The notes beneath the pieces are model-generated. The model made no database searches. It saw only the letters and a list, made by a program, of their open reading frames with translations, and was not told the origin of the DNA. Below are positions 42,004 through 50,641 of a stretch of DNA of 64,000 nucleotides, piece after piece. Position numbers and translations under genes: made by a program. The stretch is from an uncultured Gaiellaceae bacterium. Its GTDB lineage: Bacteria > Actinomycetota > Thermoleophilia > Gaiellales > Gaiellaceae. The stretch is taken from positions 32,304 to 96,303 of the forward strand of contig CAVTSN010000021.1 of the NCBI GenBank assembly GCA_963737455.1. Direction: 5' to 3'. Within the stretch, counting starts at the first letter, position 1; the number at the start of each line of letters is the position of its first letter.

Positions 42004-42813
42004 ATGAAGGGACTGAGGACCCGTCCCCGTGAGCGCCTGCTCGAGCTCGACGAGGTCGAGCGGCGACTGAAGCCGTTCGGGCGCCGCTACCTCGGAGTCC
42101 GCGCGATCCCGCTCGACGCGCTCGTGGGCACGGACGGCCGCGCCAGCTCGTTCAGCCGCGACTTCCGCCCGCTGCACGCGTTCAGCCGCGACCGGCTGCG
42201 CTCGCTCGAGAGCGCGTTCGCCGACGGCGGCTTCCCGCCGATCGTCGCGGTCAAGCTCGGTGAGGCGTACTTCGTGATCGACGGCCACCACCGCGCCGCC
42301 CTCGCGCGGCGCAGCGGCGCAGAGATGATCGACGCAGACGTGACCGAGCTGATCGCGCGCGTCCCGCTCCCGGCCGGAGCGGACATGCTCGAGGTCGTCC
42401 TCCGGGAGCTCGAGCGGATCTTCCTCGAGGACAGCGGGCTCGCGGAGGCGCGCCCCGGCGTGGGCGTCTCGGTGAGCAGGCCCGCGCACTACCTCGAGCT
42501 GCTGGAGAACGTCCAGGTGCACGGGTACCACATGATGCGGGGACGCAGACGTGTGCTCGAGAACGCGGAGATCGCGGCGGACTGGTACGACGCGATCTAC
42601 ACGCCGACGCTCGCCGCGATCGACCGCCTGCGCCTCGGCCGCCTCTACCGGGACGCGCCGCCCGGGGACCTGTTCCTCGTTCTCCACCGGCACCGGCGGG
42701 ATGCGTTCCCATCGACCGGCTGTCCGCACCTCGCGCAGACCGTCGTCTCGGTGATCGGCGACGGCGCGCGGCGCCGCCGGTTCCGGTTGCCGGGACTCCG
42801 TAAGGCGTTCTAG
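42004..42813 (+). CDS. ParB/sulfiredoxin-like nuclease-domain protein (stand-alone)
   Basis: PPIVAVKLGEAYFVIDGHHRAALARRSG (ParB N-terminal domain DGHHR box). There is no adjacent parA. 269 aa. Confidence 0.8.
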   Translation: MKGLRTRPRERLLELDEVERRLKPFGRRYLGVRAIPLDALVGTDGRASSFSRDFRPLHAFSRDRLRSLESAFADGGFPPIVAVKLGEAYFVIDGHHRAALARRSGAEMIDADVTELIARVPLPAGADMLEVVLRELERIFLEDSGLAEARPGVGVSVSRPAHYLELLENVQVHGYHMMRGRRRVLENAEIAADWYDAIYTPTLAAIDRLRLGRLYRDAPPGDLFLVLHRHRRDAFPSTGCPHLAQTVVSVIGDGARRRRFRLPGLRKAF

Positions 42814-43688
42814 CGAGGGGCAGTAAGGGCCTCGAGTGCTCTCGCGGTGATGGGCAGTCGCGGCGGTTGCCATGCCTGTCGATCGTCCGCCGGCCAGACG
42901 TACGCGGGGCCACCGTCGAAGAGGAGGTCGGAGAGCTCGGGCCGGCTGAGCTCTCGCGCCGACCAGTCGTAGAGGGGTCGTAGGCGTGGTTGGATCACGG
43001 CGTAGTCGAGGACGCGGCCCAGCTTGTGCTCGATTTGGAGGTAGTCCTCGAGCTCGCCGTCGGCCGGGTAGGCGTCGGGGAGGACGCGGCCCATCGCGAG
43101 GAAGACCTCGACCAGGCCACGGCGTGGGTCGCCGAGGACGGGCCCGCAGAACGCGATGCGGCCGAGTGCGAGCCGGGGGACGGCGACGAGCGCGTGTGCG
43201 TACAGGACGCGGGAGAGGACGACGTTGAGGAAGAAGCGCTCGGTTCGGTTCTCGTCGGCGGCGAGGTCACGGTGGTCGAGGTAGGCCGCGACGATGCTTG
43301 CGTTGTGCGCGCGGTACCACGCTTGCGCCGTCGGCCGGTCGATGAAGGCGGTCCAGTGTTCGACCGTGTCGGTCGAAGGTGAGCCGCCGCGGCCGGTGGC
43401 GCGTCCGAATGCCTCGCAGCTGTCGCGAAGGAGGCGTTCGTTCATCGCCCGCCACCACCTGCTGCCGGGCCGCTTGCTGTCGACCGCGTTGAGCACGCCC
43501 CGCGCCGCCATCCAGTGCGTGAACGCGAGTGCGGCTCGGCGGAACCGTTGGCGCTGTAATTGACCGCCGCTCGGATCGTCGTAGATCGAGCGGGCGAGAG
43601 CGAGCCGTCCGGCTGGGTCGTCGCGGACGGCGGCGATACGTGCGGTCGCGAAGGCAGCGGCGTCCTCGTGAGTGATACCCCCTCTCAA
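42810..43688 (-). CDS. hypothetical protein translationally coupled to the AlkZ-like gene
   Basis: In-frame TTG at 43688 overlaps the upstream TGA (TTGA). 292 aa of non-low-complexity sequence (ITHEDAAAFATARIAAV..RWWRAMNERLLRDSCEAF..YRAHNASIVAAYLDHRDL..). No family recognised. Confidence 0.65.
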   Translation of the reverse strand: MRGGITHEDAAAFATARIAAVRDDPAGRLALARSIYDDPSGGQLQRQRFRRAALAFTHWMAARGVLNAVDSKRPGSRWWRAMNERLLRDSCEAFGRATGRGGSPSTDTVEHWTAFIDRPTAQAWYRAHNASIVAAYLDHRDLAADENRTERFFLNVVLSRVLYAHALVAVPRLALGRIAFCGPVLGDPRRGLVEVFLAMGRVLPDAYPADGELEDYLQIEHKLGRVLDYAVIQPRLRPLYDWSARELSRPELSDLLFDGGPAYVWPADDRQAWQPPRLPITARALEALTAPR

Positions 43689-44904
43689 GGTCGCGTGAGG
43701 AACAGTCGCCTCTCCGTTGTAAGGTGCGGCGCCCACTCCAGGCGGGTCGCGCCCCCGAACCGCAGGTAGGCGCGGAGTGCATCCCGCATCGCGTCGACAA
43801 AGCCCTCGGCGCGGCGCGGCGCAAAGCCCTCCTCCCACCAGAGGTCGAGCACCTGGATCGGCCGCCGGCGCGGTCGATCCGCGGCTCGATCCGGCCGACG
43901 AGACGGTCGCGGAAGAGCATCGGCAGCACGTACCAGCCCCAGCGTCGTTTGGCCGGCGGGATGAAGAGCTCCCACACGTAGTCGAACTCGAACAGCGATC
44001 CGAGGAGGGCCCGGTCCCAGACGACTGGATCGAACGGGGGCAGGAATGCAACGGAGGGCGGCGGCTCCGGCGGCGCCGCCAGCAGACCGACTTCCCCCTT
44101 GAGCACGAACCGTTTCCCGCGCACCTGCTCGACCTCGACGGGTACGAGCTCGCCTTCGTCGATGAGCTGCTCCCGCAGTGCCGTTCTGCCCGGATTCCCC
44201 GGCGCCCTCGGATCCGGCTTGGCGGGGCCGATGCCGCTGAAGACGTCGCCACCACCCCCGCCGCCGAGGAGCCCGTGTGCGCGGTAGCGCGAAAGGAGCT
44301 TGTGCCTGAGCTGCTGCTCGAGCGGGATGCTGCGCTCGAGCACGTCGGCCGGTAGGAGCCGCTCGAGGAGGTCGTAGTAGCGTCGGTTGCCGTCGCGCCG
44401 CGCGAGGCCGAGCACGCCGGTGACCGAGTACGCCTCGAGCACGGCACGAACGGTGTTCGTCGGCAGGCCGAACCAGTCGGTCGTCGCCCCCTGTGCGCGC
44501 TCGAAGTCGATTGAGGACAACGGCCCGTCGGCACGGACCCGCTCGAGCACGCGCTCGGCCACCTCGGGGTTCTCGGCGATCACGCGCGCGCCGTGCTGGC
44601 TCCAGGTGCCGCGGAACCACGGGAAGTCGCTCGTCAGGACGAACGAGAGTCCCTTGTTGTACGCCTCGAAGATCTCGCGCCGCTCGTAGAGGAGGTCGCA
44701 CCAGGCGGGGTCGTATCCCGCGACGCGCGCGTGCAGGACGAGGTCGTGGGTGCGACCGGCAACCGCCAGCGGATCGAACTGGATCGAGCCGAGCCGACGG
44801 AAGACCTCGAGCACGGCGTCGTGTCCTCCCTCGAGCGAACGCGCGGGACCGAGCGCGTGGCGCGCCACGAGAAAGCGACGTGCGGCCTCGGCAGTGACCT
44901 TCAC
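43685..44904 (-). pseudogene. AlkZ/YcaQ-like winged-helix DNA glycosylase family protein (DUF1006), single frameshift
   Basis: MKVTAEAARRFLVARHAL..LGSIQFDPLAVAGRTHDLVLHARV..YERREIFEAYNKGLSF..FLPPFDPVVWDRALL..FDYVWELFIPPAKRRWGWYVLPMLFRDRLVGRIEPRIDRAGGR. It then continues in another frame as IQVLDLWWEEGFAP..LEWAPHL. One base appears to be missing near 43860. Confidence 0.8.
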
Positions 44905-44921
44905 GCGGAAGGCAACCGCCG

Positions 44922-45488
44922 CTAGTCGGACAGCGCACGCTCGAGCGCCGCGCGATCCGCGGGTTCGGCATGCGTCGGGAGGACGACGTCAACGGGCAGG
45001 TCGAGCAGCGGGCGCAGGCGCTGGATCACGTCCTCGCGGGTGACGGCCTCTACGGGCCATTCGGGATGCACCTGGAGCCCATCGCCGCGATCCATCAACG
45101 TGTCGCCGACGACGACCGCACGACGGCTCTCGACGTAGAGGACGAGGTCGTTCGGTTCGAAGCCTTCGAACGCGCGGATGCCGAACGGCAGCGTGTCGCC
45201 GCCGCGGAACACCTCTCCGCGCACCGGATCGGGATCGGGCGGGTCGGGCGGCGGGACGTGGATCGGCAGGCCGAGCTGAGGTGCGTCGCGGCGGTGCCAT
45301 GGACACGTGAGCACGACCGCGCTCGCGCGCTCAAGGAGCTCCGCGGGAACGCCGGCCGGGTCGAAGAGCACGAGGCCCTCCCCGGTGTCGACGGCGTAGG
45401 ACGAGACCAGCTGGTTCCAGCTCTGGCCCGGCTTCCACTCCGGGTGCGCTGCCTTCCAGTGCCAGACGCCGGTCGCGACCTCGCGCAT
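44922..45488 (-). CDS. MBL-fold-like protein with degenerate metal motif
   Basis: GVWHWKAAH..LVLFDPAG..VVLTCPWHRRD..VVGDTL..VLPTHAEP. This is beta-lactamase-fold order, but the HxHxDH box is replaced by CPWHRRD. Confidence 0.65.
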   Translation of the reverse strand: MREVATGVWHWKAAHPEWKPGQSWNQLVSSYAVDTGEGLVLFDPAGVPAELLERASAVVLTCPWHRRDAPQLGLPIHVPPPDPPDPDPVRGEVFRGGDTLPFGIRAFEGFEPNDLVLYVESRRAVVVGDTLMDRGDGLQVHPEWPVEAVTREDVIQRLRPLLDLPVDVVLPTHAEPADRAALERALSD

Positions 45489-45639
45489 GCGGGGACTCTA
45501 CTGTCGCGCGCAGCCGGCCTCAGCGGCTCAGCGACGGGCGCGGTAGCGGATGTGGGTCGCCTCCGGCGTGTTGATCACCCGAACGATCTCCAGCTCGACG
45601 CGCGACGGCACCGGGTGCCGCTAGGCCATACTCCCTGTC

Positions 45640-46206
45640 ATGGCCACTGGCCTGGGAGTCGGCGGCGACGTCGAGCGGGCTCTGGAGGGCGTCGGCGTCC
45701 CGAGCTACGTCCTCGACACAACGGGGATCGTCCGCTGGATCAACCCGGCGGCCGAGCGGCTGCTCGGCAACGTCCGCGGCCGCCACATCACCTCCGTCGT
45801 CGCCCCCGAGGACAGCCGCCGCGCGCGCGAGCTGTTCACCCAGAAGGTACTCGGCACCACCCCAGCCACAGACGCGCCGGCCGTCCTCCTCTCGACCGCC
45901 GGCCAGCGGGTCCCCGTCGAGATCAGCGCCGTGCCGCTCAAGAGCGGCGAACGCGTGGTCGGCGTCTTCGGGCTCCTGGACGAGCGCCCCGCCGACACGC
46001 TCACGGCGCCGCCCCCACACCTCACCCCCCGTCAGGTCGAGGTGCTTCGGCTGCTCGAGCAGGGCCGCTCGACAAAACAGATCGCTGCCGAACTCCACCT
46101 CAGCACCGAAACAGTCAGAAACCACATCCGCCGTCTCTTCCGCGCTCTCGACGTCAACTCCCGACTCGAAGCCGTCGCCGCCGCCCGGGTCGTAACGCCC
46201 TCCTGA
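45640..46206 (+). CDS. PAS-domain / LuxR-type HTH transcriptional regulator
   Basis: The N-terminal part is PAS-like (PSYVLDTTGIVRWINPAAERLLG). The C-terminal part is LTPRQVEVLRLLEQGRSTKQIAAELHLSTETVRNHIRRLFRAL. Confidence 0.88.
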   Translation: MATGLGVGGDVERALEGVGVPSYVLDTTGIVRWINPAAERLLGNVRGRHITSVVAPEDSRRARELFTQKVLGTTPATDAPAVLLSTAGQRVPVEISAVPLKSGERVVGVFGLLDERPADTLTAPPPHLTPRQVEVLRLLEQGRSTKQIAAELHLSTETVRNHIRRLFRALDVNSRLEAVAAARVVTPS

Positions 46207-46328
46207 TCGACCAGGTGCGGCTGGACTCAACTGGGTCTAGCGACCGCGCCCCGGCCACCCGTACGTTCCTGTTATCGAACCCGCGGCATCGTGCCGCCGG
46301 GTAACGGGTTACCGAAAGGACTCTGAAA

Positions 46329-47048
46329 ATGTTGAAGGGAAGGCGTTTCACGCCGGCGATGATCGTTGCCATGATCGCGCTCGCAGTCGCGCTGAGCGGC
46401 ACGGCGGTTGCAGGCACGGCGAAGCTGATCACCGGCAGTCAGATCGCGAACGGCACGATCAAGCTGGCTGACATCCACTCGAGCGCCAAGGCGGCTCTCA
46501 AGGGCAAGACCGGCGCGACCGGCGCACAGGGCCCCGTTGGCGCCCAGGGTGCCCGAGGGCGCCAGGTCCGGCCCGCAGGGCGCCAGGCCGAAGGGCGACA
46601 GGCCGCAGGTGCGCAGGGTCCGAAGGGCGACATCGGCACGGCCGGTGCGCAGGGTCCGAAGGGCGACAAGGGCGACTCCGGGCTGACCGGCGCGTTCTAC
46701 GCCACCGCGTTGTACAACGCGGGCAACACCAACGAAGGGGCCATCGCCACCGTGGCGTGCAACGCCGACCCCGCGAAGACCGACTACGTCGCCATCTCCG
46801 GTGGCGTGCAGGTCCTTGGCCTCGATGAGGGCGCGAACAGCCGCAACACCCCGGTGTCGTCGTCGTTCCCCGGCCGCATGGACTGGGCCACGAATTCCCC
46901 GAAGCCGAATCGCCTCGACGGCTGGATCGTCCAGTTCGGCGGCAACGCCGGAGCGACGTCGGACAAGGCTCCCGAGAAGGTCAAGGTCTGGGCGCTCTGC
47001 GTGCCCGGTGCCAGCATCCCGGTGAACCAGACGTTCCAGCAGGTCTGA
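46329..47048 (+). CDS. membrane-anchored/secreted collagen-like (GXY repeat) protein with globular C-terminal domain
   Basis: Signal/anchor segment MIVAMIALAVALSGTAVAG. GXY runs GKTGATGAQGPVGAQGARGRQ and GAQGPKGDIGTAGAQGPKGDKGDSGLTG are separated by 14 non-periodic residues. The C-terminal domain is about 125 aa and contains Cys. Confidence 0.85.
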   Translation: MLKGRRFTPAMIVAMIALAVALSGTAVAGTAKLITGSQIANGTIKLADIHSSAKAALKGKTGATGAQGPVGAQGARGRQVRPAGRQAEGRQAAGAQGPKGDIGTAGAQGPKGDKGDSGLTGAFYATALYNAGNTNEGAIATVACNADPAKTDYVAISGGVQVLGLDEGANSRNTPVSSSFPGRMDWATNSPKPNRLDGWIVQFGGNAGATSDKAPEKVKVWALCVPGASIPVNQTFQQV

Positions 47049-47085
47049 TCCACAGACCAGCGCAACACCAGCTCCAATCGAACAG

Positions 47086-47118
47086 AAGGGCGCCGGCGAC
47101 GGCGCCCTTCGGCGTTTC
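47086..47118 (+). terminator. rho-independent-type terminator after the collagen-like gene
   Basis: AAGGGCGCCG-gcga-CGGCGCCCTT followed by CGGCGTTTC. An extra hairpin GGTCTG-atcca-CAGACC spans the stop codon. Confidence 0.7.
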
Positions 47119-47211
47119 GGCAAGGGTTCGGCCCGGCGCACCGCATGGAACTCCAGCGCCTCGCATGCTCACTCCTTGCACTCCGACAGCGCGGCCGAGT
47201 CCTCACCGGGT

Positions 47212-47427
47212 CTAGGGCAGGCGCTCCTGGTGGAAACGCTCCTTGTCCGCCTCGCGCCACTCCGCCTCGTAGGCCTCCGCCTCGGCGAACTCCTGCTCCG
47301 TTCGCGCTCGTGCCTCCGCGTCCTCGCCGGCGGGATGCTCGCCCGCGGCGGTACGGCGACGTGTAGCGACGAACGCGATCACGACCAGCGGTACGGCAAC
47401 CAGCGCCATGATGATCCACGGGATCAC
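47212..47427 (-). CDS. small single-pass membrane protein with acidic C-terminal tail
   Basis: MIPWIIMALVAVPLVVIAFVATRRR followed by a Glu/Ala-rich tail. 71 aa. Confidence 0.55.
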   Translation of the reverse strand: MIPWIIMALVAVPLVVIAFVATRRRTAAGEHPAGEDAEARARTEQEFAEAEAYEAEWREADKERFHQERLP

Positions 47428-47482
47428 GGGACCAGCGTACCTCGCCGCACATGGACGCCTGTGCCGGGGCTACATTCAGCCA

Positions 47483-47932
47483 ATGCCTGATCAGCGCCCA
47501 CCCGGATACAGCCTCGACGCAGGCGCCGGCGAGCGACTGTCGTTCGCGGGAGCGGTGTTCCTCGTCAAGGCGAGCGCGGAGAGCACGGCCGGCGCCTTCG
47601 CGATCATCGAAGAGGCCGATCCGCTCGACACGCCCTTGCACGTCCACGCGAACGAGGACGAGCTCTTCTACGTGATCGAAGGCGAGCACGTGTTTCGGGT
47701 CGGGGAGGAGGAGTTTCCGGCCGGGCCTGGCGCGGTCGTGTTCGGACCGCGGCAGGTACCGCACGCGCACCGACGCGTCGTTCCGAGAACCGGCCGCTTC
47801 CTGACGATGGTGTCCCCGGCGGGTTTCGAAGGGTTCTTCCGCGAGCTCAGCGCCGCGGAGGCGGCGGGAGGCGCCGGGGCGGAAGCGTACGAGCGAGCAT
47901 CGGAGAAGTACGGGATCACCTGGCTGAGCTGA
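47483..47932 (+). CDS. cupin domain protein
   Basis: PLHVHANEDELFYVIEGEHVFRVGEEEF.AGPGAVVFGPRQVPHA (two-His cupin motifs). The ATG at 47483 is preferred. Confidence 0.85.
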   Translation: MPDQRPPGYSLDAGAGERLSFAGAVFLVKASAESTAGAFAIIEEADPLDTPLHVHANEDELFYVIEGEHVFRVGEEEFPAGPGAVVFGPRQVPHAHRRVVPRTGRFLTMVSPAGFEGFFRELSAAEAAGGAGAEAYERASEKYGITWLS

Positions 47933-48022
47933 GGGTCGCCGACGCGGCTTGCCGCGAGGCCATCGCAGCGAAACCTGACCGACCACCGGTCGCAGGTCGT
48001 ACCGCGGAGGTAGGCTGCGCCG

Positions 48023-48271
48023 ATGGACGACACGGTGGTCGTGAAGGTCGTTTCCGACGAGCCCGAGGCGCAGGTCGTCTGCGGTCTCTTGCGCTCGAAC
48101 GGGATCGAGTGCGGCTACCGCGACACGACGGCGATCGAGTCGTCCCTCGAGGACTTCACGGCTGCCGGCCCGCGCGAGATCTTCGTGCACCAGTCCGATC
48201 TCGAGTCCGCACGAGCGCTGCTCGACGCCAGTCCGGCTGAGCGTTCGCCCGACGCCCTCGTGACGGACTAG
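48023..48271 (+). CDS. DUF2007-type small protein (putative signal-transduction fold)
   Basis: VVVKVVSDEPEAQVVCGLLRSNGIECGY..IFVHQSDLESARALL. Confidence 0.7.
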   Translation: MDDTVVVKVVSDEPEAQVVCGLLRSNGIECGYRDTTAIESSLEDFTAAGPREIFVHQSDLESARALLDASPAERSPDALVTD

Positions 48272-48861
48272 CCGTCGGCCACCGGCCGGTAGCGGCTCAC
48301 GTGCACGCCTGTGCCGCTCGTGACTGTGGAGACCAGCTCGAGGGGGCGCATGGCGCCGTCGTCCGGGAAGATCGACTTGCCGCCGCCGAGAATCACCGGC
48401 TCGATCATCAGCCGGAGCTCGTCGACCAGCCCCTCGCTCAGGAGCGTGCGCACGAGCGTGGGGCTCCCCATCACGACGAGGTCGCCGCCGTCGGCCTCTC
48501 GCAGCCCGCTGACGCGGCCGACTGCCTCGTCACCGGGGATGCGCGTCGTGTTGCTCCACGTCAGCTCGTCGTCGCCGAGCGTCGCCGAGACGACGTATTT
48601 CGGAATCGCGTTCATCCGATCGGCGAACGGGTCGCCGGCCCGCTCGGGCCACGCCGCGGCCATCGACTGCCACGTGCGGCGTCCAAAGAGGAGCGCGTCG
48701 GCGCCGGAGAGCGCCTCGTCGAAGCCGCCGCCGACCACGTCGTCGAAGAACGGATGTGACCAACCGCCGTTGGCGAAGCCGCCGTCGGTGTCCTCGTCGG
48801 GCCCGCCCGGCGCCTGGACGACGCCGTCGAGGCTGATGAACTCGGTGACAACGATGCGCAT
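48268..48861 (-). CDS. dihydrofolate-reductase-like (RibD C-terminal domain) family protein
   Basis: MRIVVTEFISLDGVVQAPGGPDED..LLFGRRTWQSMAAAW..KYVVSATL..LVVMGSPTLVRTLLSEGLVDELRLMIEPVILGGGKSIF. Confidence 0.88.
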   Translation of the reverse strand: MRIVVTEFISLDGVVQAPGGPDEDTDGGFANGGWSHPFFDDVVGGGFDEALSGADALLFGRRTWQSMAAAWPERAGDPFADRMNAIPKYVVSATLGDDELTWSNTTRIPGDEAVGRVSGLREADGGDLVVMGSPTLVRTLLSEGLVDELRLMIEPVILGGGKSIFPDDGAMRPLELVSTVTSGTGVHVSRYRPVADG

Positions 48862-48986
48862 GACTCGCTCCTCTCGTCGCTCTGGTGTACGGCGGTGTAG
48901 ACGGCCGTGGTGCGCCGGAATCATCGCGCCCGCCGCCGGCCGGGCGAGACGGAACCGCGCGGCTGGATCCGGTGTAGAACCTTCGT

Positions 48987-49139
48987 ATGCGCAAGCTCGT
49001 CGCGCCGCTCTGCTTCGCGGGCCTCCTCGCCGCCGCGAACGCCCCGGCCATGGATCGTGACCGGGCGGCGCCCACACGAGCCGCCGAGCGCGACGTCGCC
49101 CGCACGCTGTCGTACGTCGTCAAGGTGGTGCCTCAGTAG
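48987..49139 (+). CDS. possible small secreted peptide (50 aa)
   Basis: Below the ORF-track size cutoff. ATG..TAG reads MRKLVAPLCFAGLLAAANAPAMDRDRAAPTRAAERDVARTLSYVVKVVPQ. It has a signal-peptide-like N-terminus and a strong third-position G/C bias. No RBS is evident. Confidence 0.3.
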   Translation: MRKLVAPLCFAGLLAAANAPAMDRDRAAPTRAAERDVARTLSYVVKVVPQ

Positions 49140-49166
49140 GAGCGCCGGGTACGGCAGGATGCGTTC

Positions 49167-49709
49167 GTGGTTCCCGAGGCGAAGCTGGAGCAGACCGAGC
49201 ACGGGCTGGCCCCGACGGGCGCGGGCTGGTACGTCCTCAACCTCCGCGACGCCGTCTGGCGTCATGCGGACGGCCGCGGCGCCGTCTGTGTCGCGCTCGA
49301 CGACTTCGAGGGCTGGCGGCGCGCCGAGCAGCTCGGCGTGAACCCGTTCGTGCTCGCGCCGGGCGAGCCGATGTCCCAGTACCACTGGGAGGCCGACCAG
49401 GAGGCGTTCCTCGTCGTCGCAGGCGAAGCGGCCCTGATCGTCGAGGGAGAGGAGCGGCGGCTGCGCGCGTGGGACTTCGTCCACTGCCCGCCGAAGACGA
49501 AGCACGTGATCGTCGGCGCAGGCAGCGGCCCCTGCGTCGTGATCGCGGTCGGCGCCCGCGAGCGCGACGAGCTCGGCTTCCCCGTCGACGAGGTCGCCAA
49601 GCGCCATGGTGCGAGCGTCGAAGAGGACACGACGGACGGAGACGCCGCGTACGGCCGGCTGCCCGCACGCAAGCCGACCGCGTACCGCGACGGCTGGCTT
49701 CCCGGCTAG
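49167..49709 (+). CDS. cupin domain protein
   Basis: HWEADQEAFLVVAGEAALIVEGEERRLRAWDFVHCPPKTKH. GTG start. Confidence 0.8.
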   Translation: MVPEAKLEQTEHGLAPTGAGWYVLNLRDAVWRHADGRGAVCVALDDFEGWRRAEQLGVNPFVLAPGEPMSQYHWEADQEAFLVVAGEAALIVEGEERRLRAWDFVHCPPKTKHVIVGAGSGPCVVIAVGARERDELGFPVDEVAKRHGASVEEDTTDGDAAYGRLPARKPTAYRDGWLPG

Positions 49710-49764
49710 CGGTCAGGAGAGTGCGCGCTCGAGGGCGGCGCGTTCGACGCTCGGGAGAGGTCTC

Positions 49765-49788
49765 GTGGGGGAACCGGGGCTCCCCCAC
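49765..49788. terminator. bidirectional hairpin between the cupin gene and the tRNA-Pro 3' end
   Basis: GTGGGGGA-accggggc-TCCCCCAC. Confidence 0.5.
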
Positions 49789-49794
49789 GCTCTA

Positions 49795-49868
49795 TCGGGG
49801 TGCCGAGATTTGAACTCGGGACCTCTCCGACCCGAACGGAGCGCGCTACCAGGCTGCGCCACACCCCG
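49795..49868 (-). tRNA. tRNA-Pro (anticodon CGG)
   Basis: The reverse complement folds as a cloverleaf. Acceptor CGGGGTG/CACCCCG. D arm GCGC-AGCCTGGTA-GCGC. Anticodon arm CTCCG-TTCGGGT-CGGAG. T arm CCGAG-TTCAAAT-CTCGG. Discriminator A. CCA is not encoded. 74 nt. Confidence 0.95.
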
Positions 49869-49897
49869 AGCGCGGAAAGGGTAGCGATAATCGGCCG

Positions 49898-50641
49898 GTG
49901 GCTCAGCGCGACGAGATCATCCGCTTCGCCGACGAGCTGCTCGAGGTGCACCGCTTCCCCGAGTACGGCACCCCCGGGCTGCAGGTGCTCGGCGCGGACG
50001 AGGTGACGAGGATCGCCTGCGGTGTCTCGTCGTCGCGGGAGCTGTTCGAGCGGGCCGCCGCAGCCGGCGCCCAGCTCCTGATCGTGCACCACGGCATGTT
50101 CTGGCGGAACGAGCCCGTCTGGATCGACCGGCGCCAGCGCGGCCGGCTGGAGACGCTCTTCGCGGCCGACCTCAGCCTGGCGGCCTACCACCTCGCGCTC
50201 GACGCGCATCCGGAGCTCGGCAACAACGCGCTGCTCGCCGAGGCGCTCGGCGTCGAGGTCGAGCGCCCGTTCGCCGAGGTCGGCCAGGGCGGGAGGCTGC
50301 GCGAGCCGGTCGGCATCGAGGAGCTGGCCGACCGCCTCCACAAAACCGTGAGCCGGGAGCCGCTGGTCTTCGCGCATGGCCCGGTCCTGATCGAGCGAGT
50401 GGCGATCTGCTCGGGAGCCGCCGGCCGCTACCTGATCGACGCCGCCCACGAGGGCTACGACGTCCTCGTGACCGGCGAGCCCGAGGAGCCGAGCCTGCAG
50501 ACGGCGCGCGAGCTCGGGATCCACTTCGTCGCCGGCGGCCACGACGCGACCGAGCGCTTCGGCGTGCAGGCGCTGAGCCGACGGCTGGCGGAGCGGTTCG
50601 GGCTCGACTGGACGTTCATCGAGATCGAGAATCCCGTCTGA
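49898..50641 (+). CDS. Nif3-like dinuclear metal-centre protein (YbgI / GTP cyclohydrolase 1 type 2 homologue)
   Basis: NGLQV-like PGLQVLG, LLIVHHGMFW, AYHLALDAHPELGNN and VAGGHDATERFG. Confidence 0.9.
   Translation: MAQRDEIIRFADELLEVHRFPEYGTPGLQVLGADEVTRIACGVSSSRELFERAAAAGAQLLIVHHGMFWRNEPVWIDRRQRGRLETLFAADLSLAAYHLALDAHPELGNNALLAEALGVEVERPFAEVGQGGRLREPVGIEELADRLHKTVSREPLVFAHGPVLIERVAICSGAAGRYLIDAAHEGYDVLVTGEPEEPSLQTARELGIHFVAGGHDATERFGVQALSRRLAERFGLDWTFIEIENPV

Noticed and set aside
46540-46690. Short tandem DNA repeats that might be mistaken for a CRISPR or VNTR array.
   Set aside because: They are the nucleotide image of the Gly-X-Y collagen-like coding repeat. There are only two near-identical 22-nt units, no spacer-repeat architecture and no cas genes.
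41500-49868. Possible genomic island integrated at tRNA-Pro, seen as an accessory-gene stretch adjacent to the tRNA 3' side.
   Set aside because: I saw no integrase or recombinase, no direct repeat of the tRNA 3' end, no transposase, and no obvious compositional shift beyond ordinary intergenic dips. The gene content is heterogeneous but not phage- or ICE-like.
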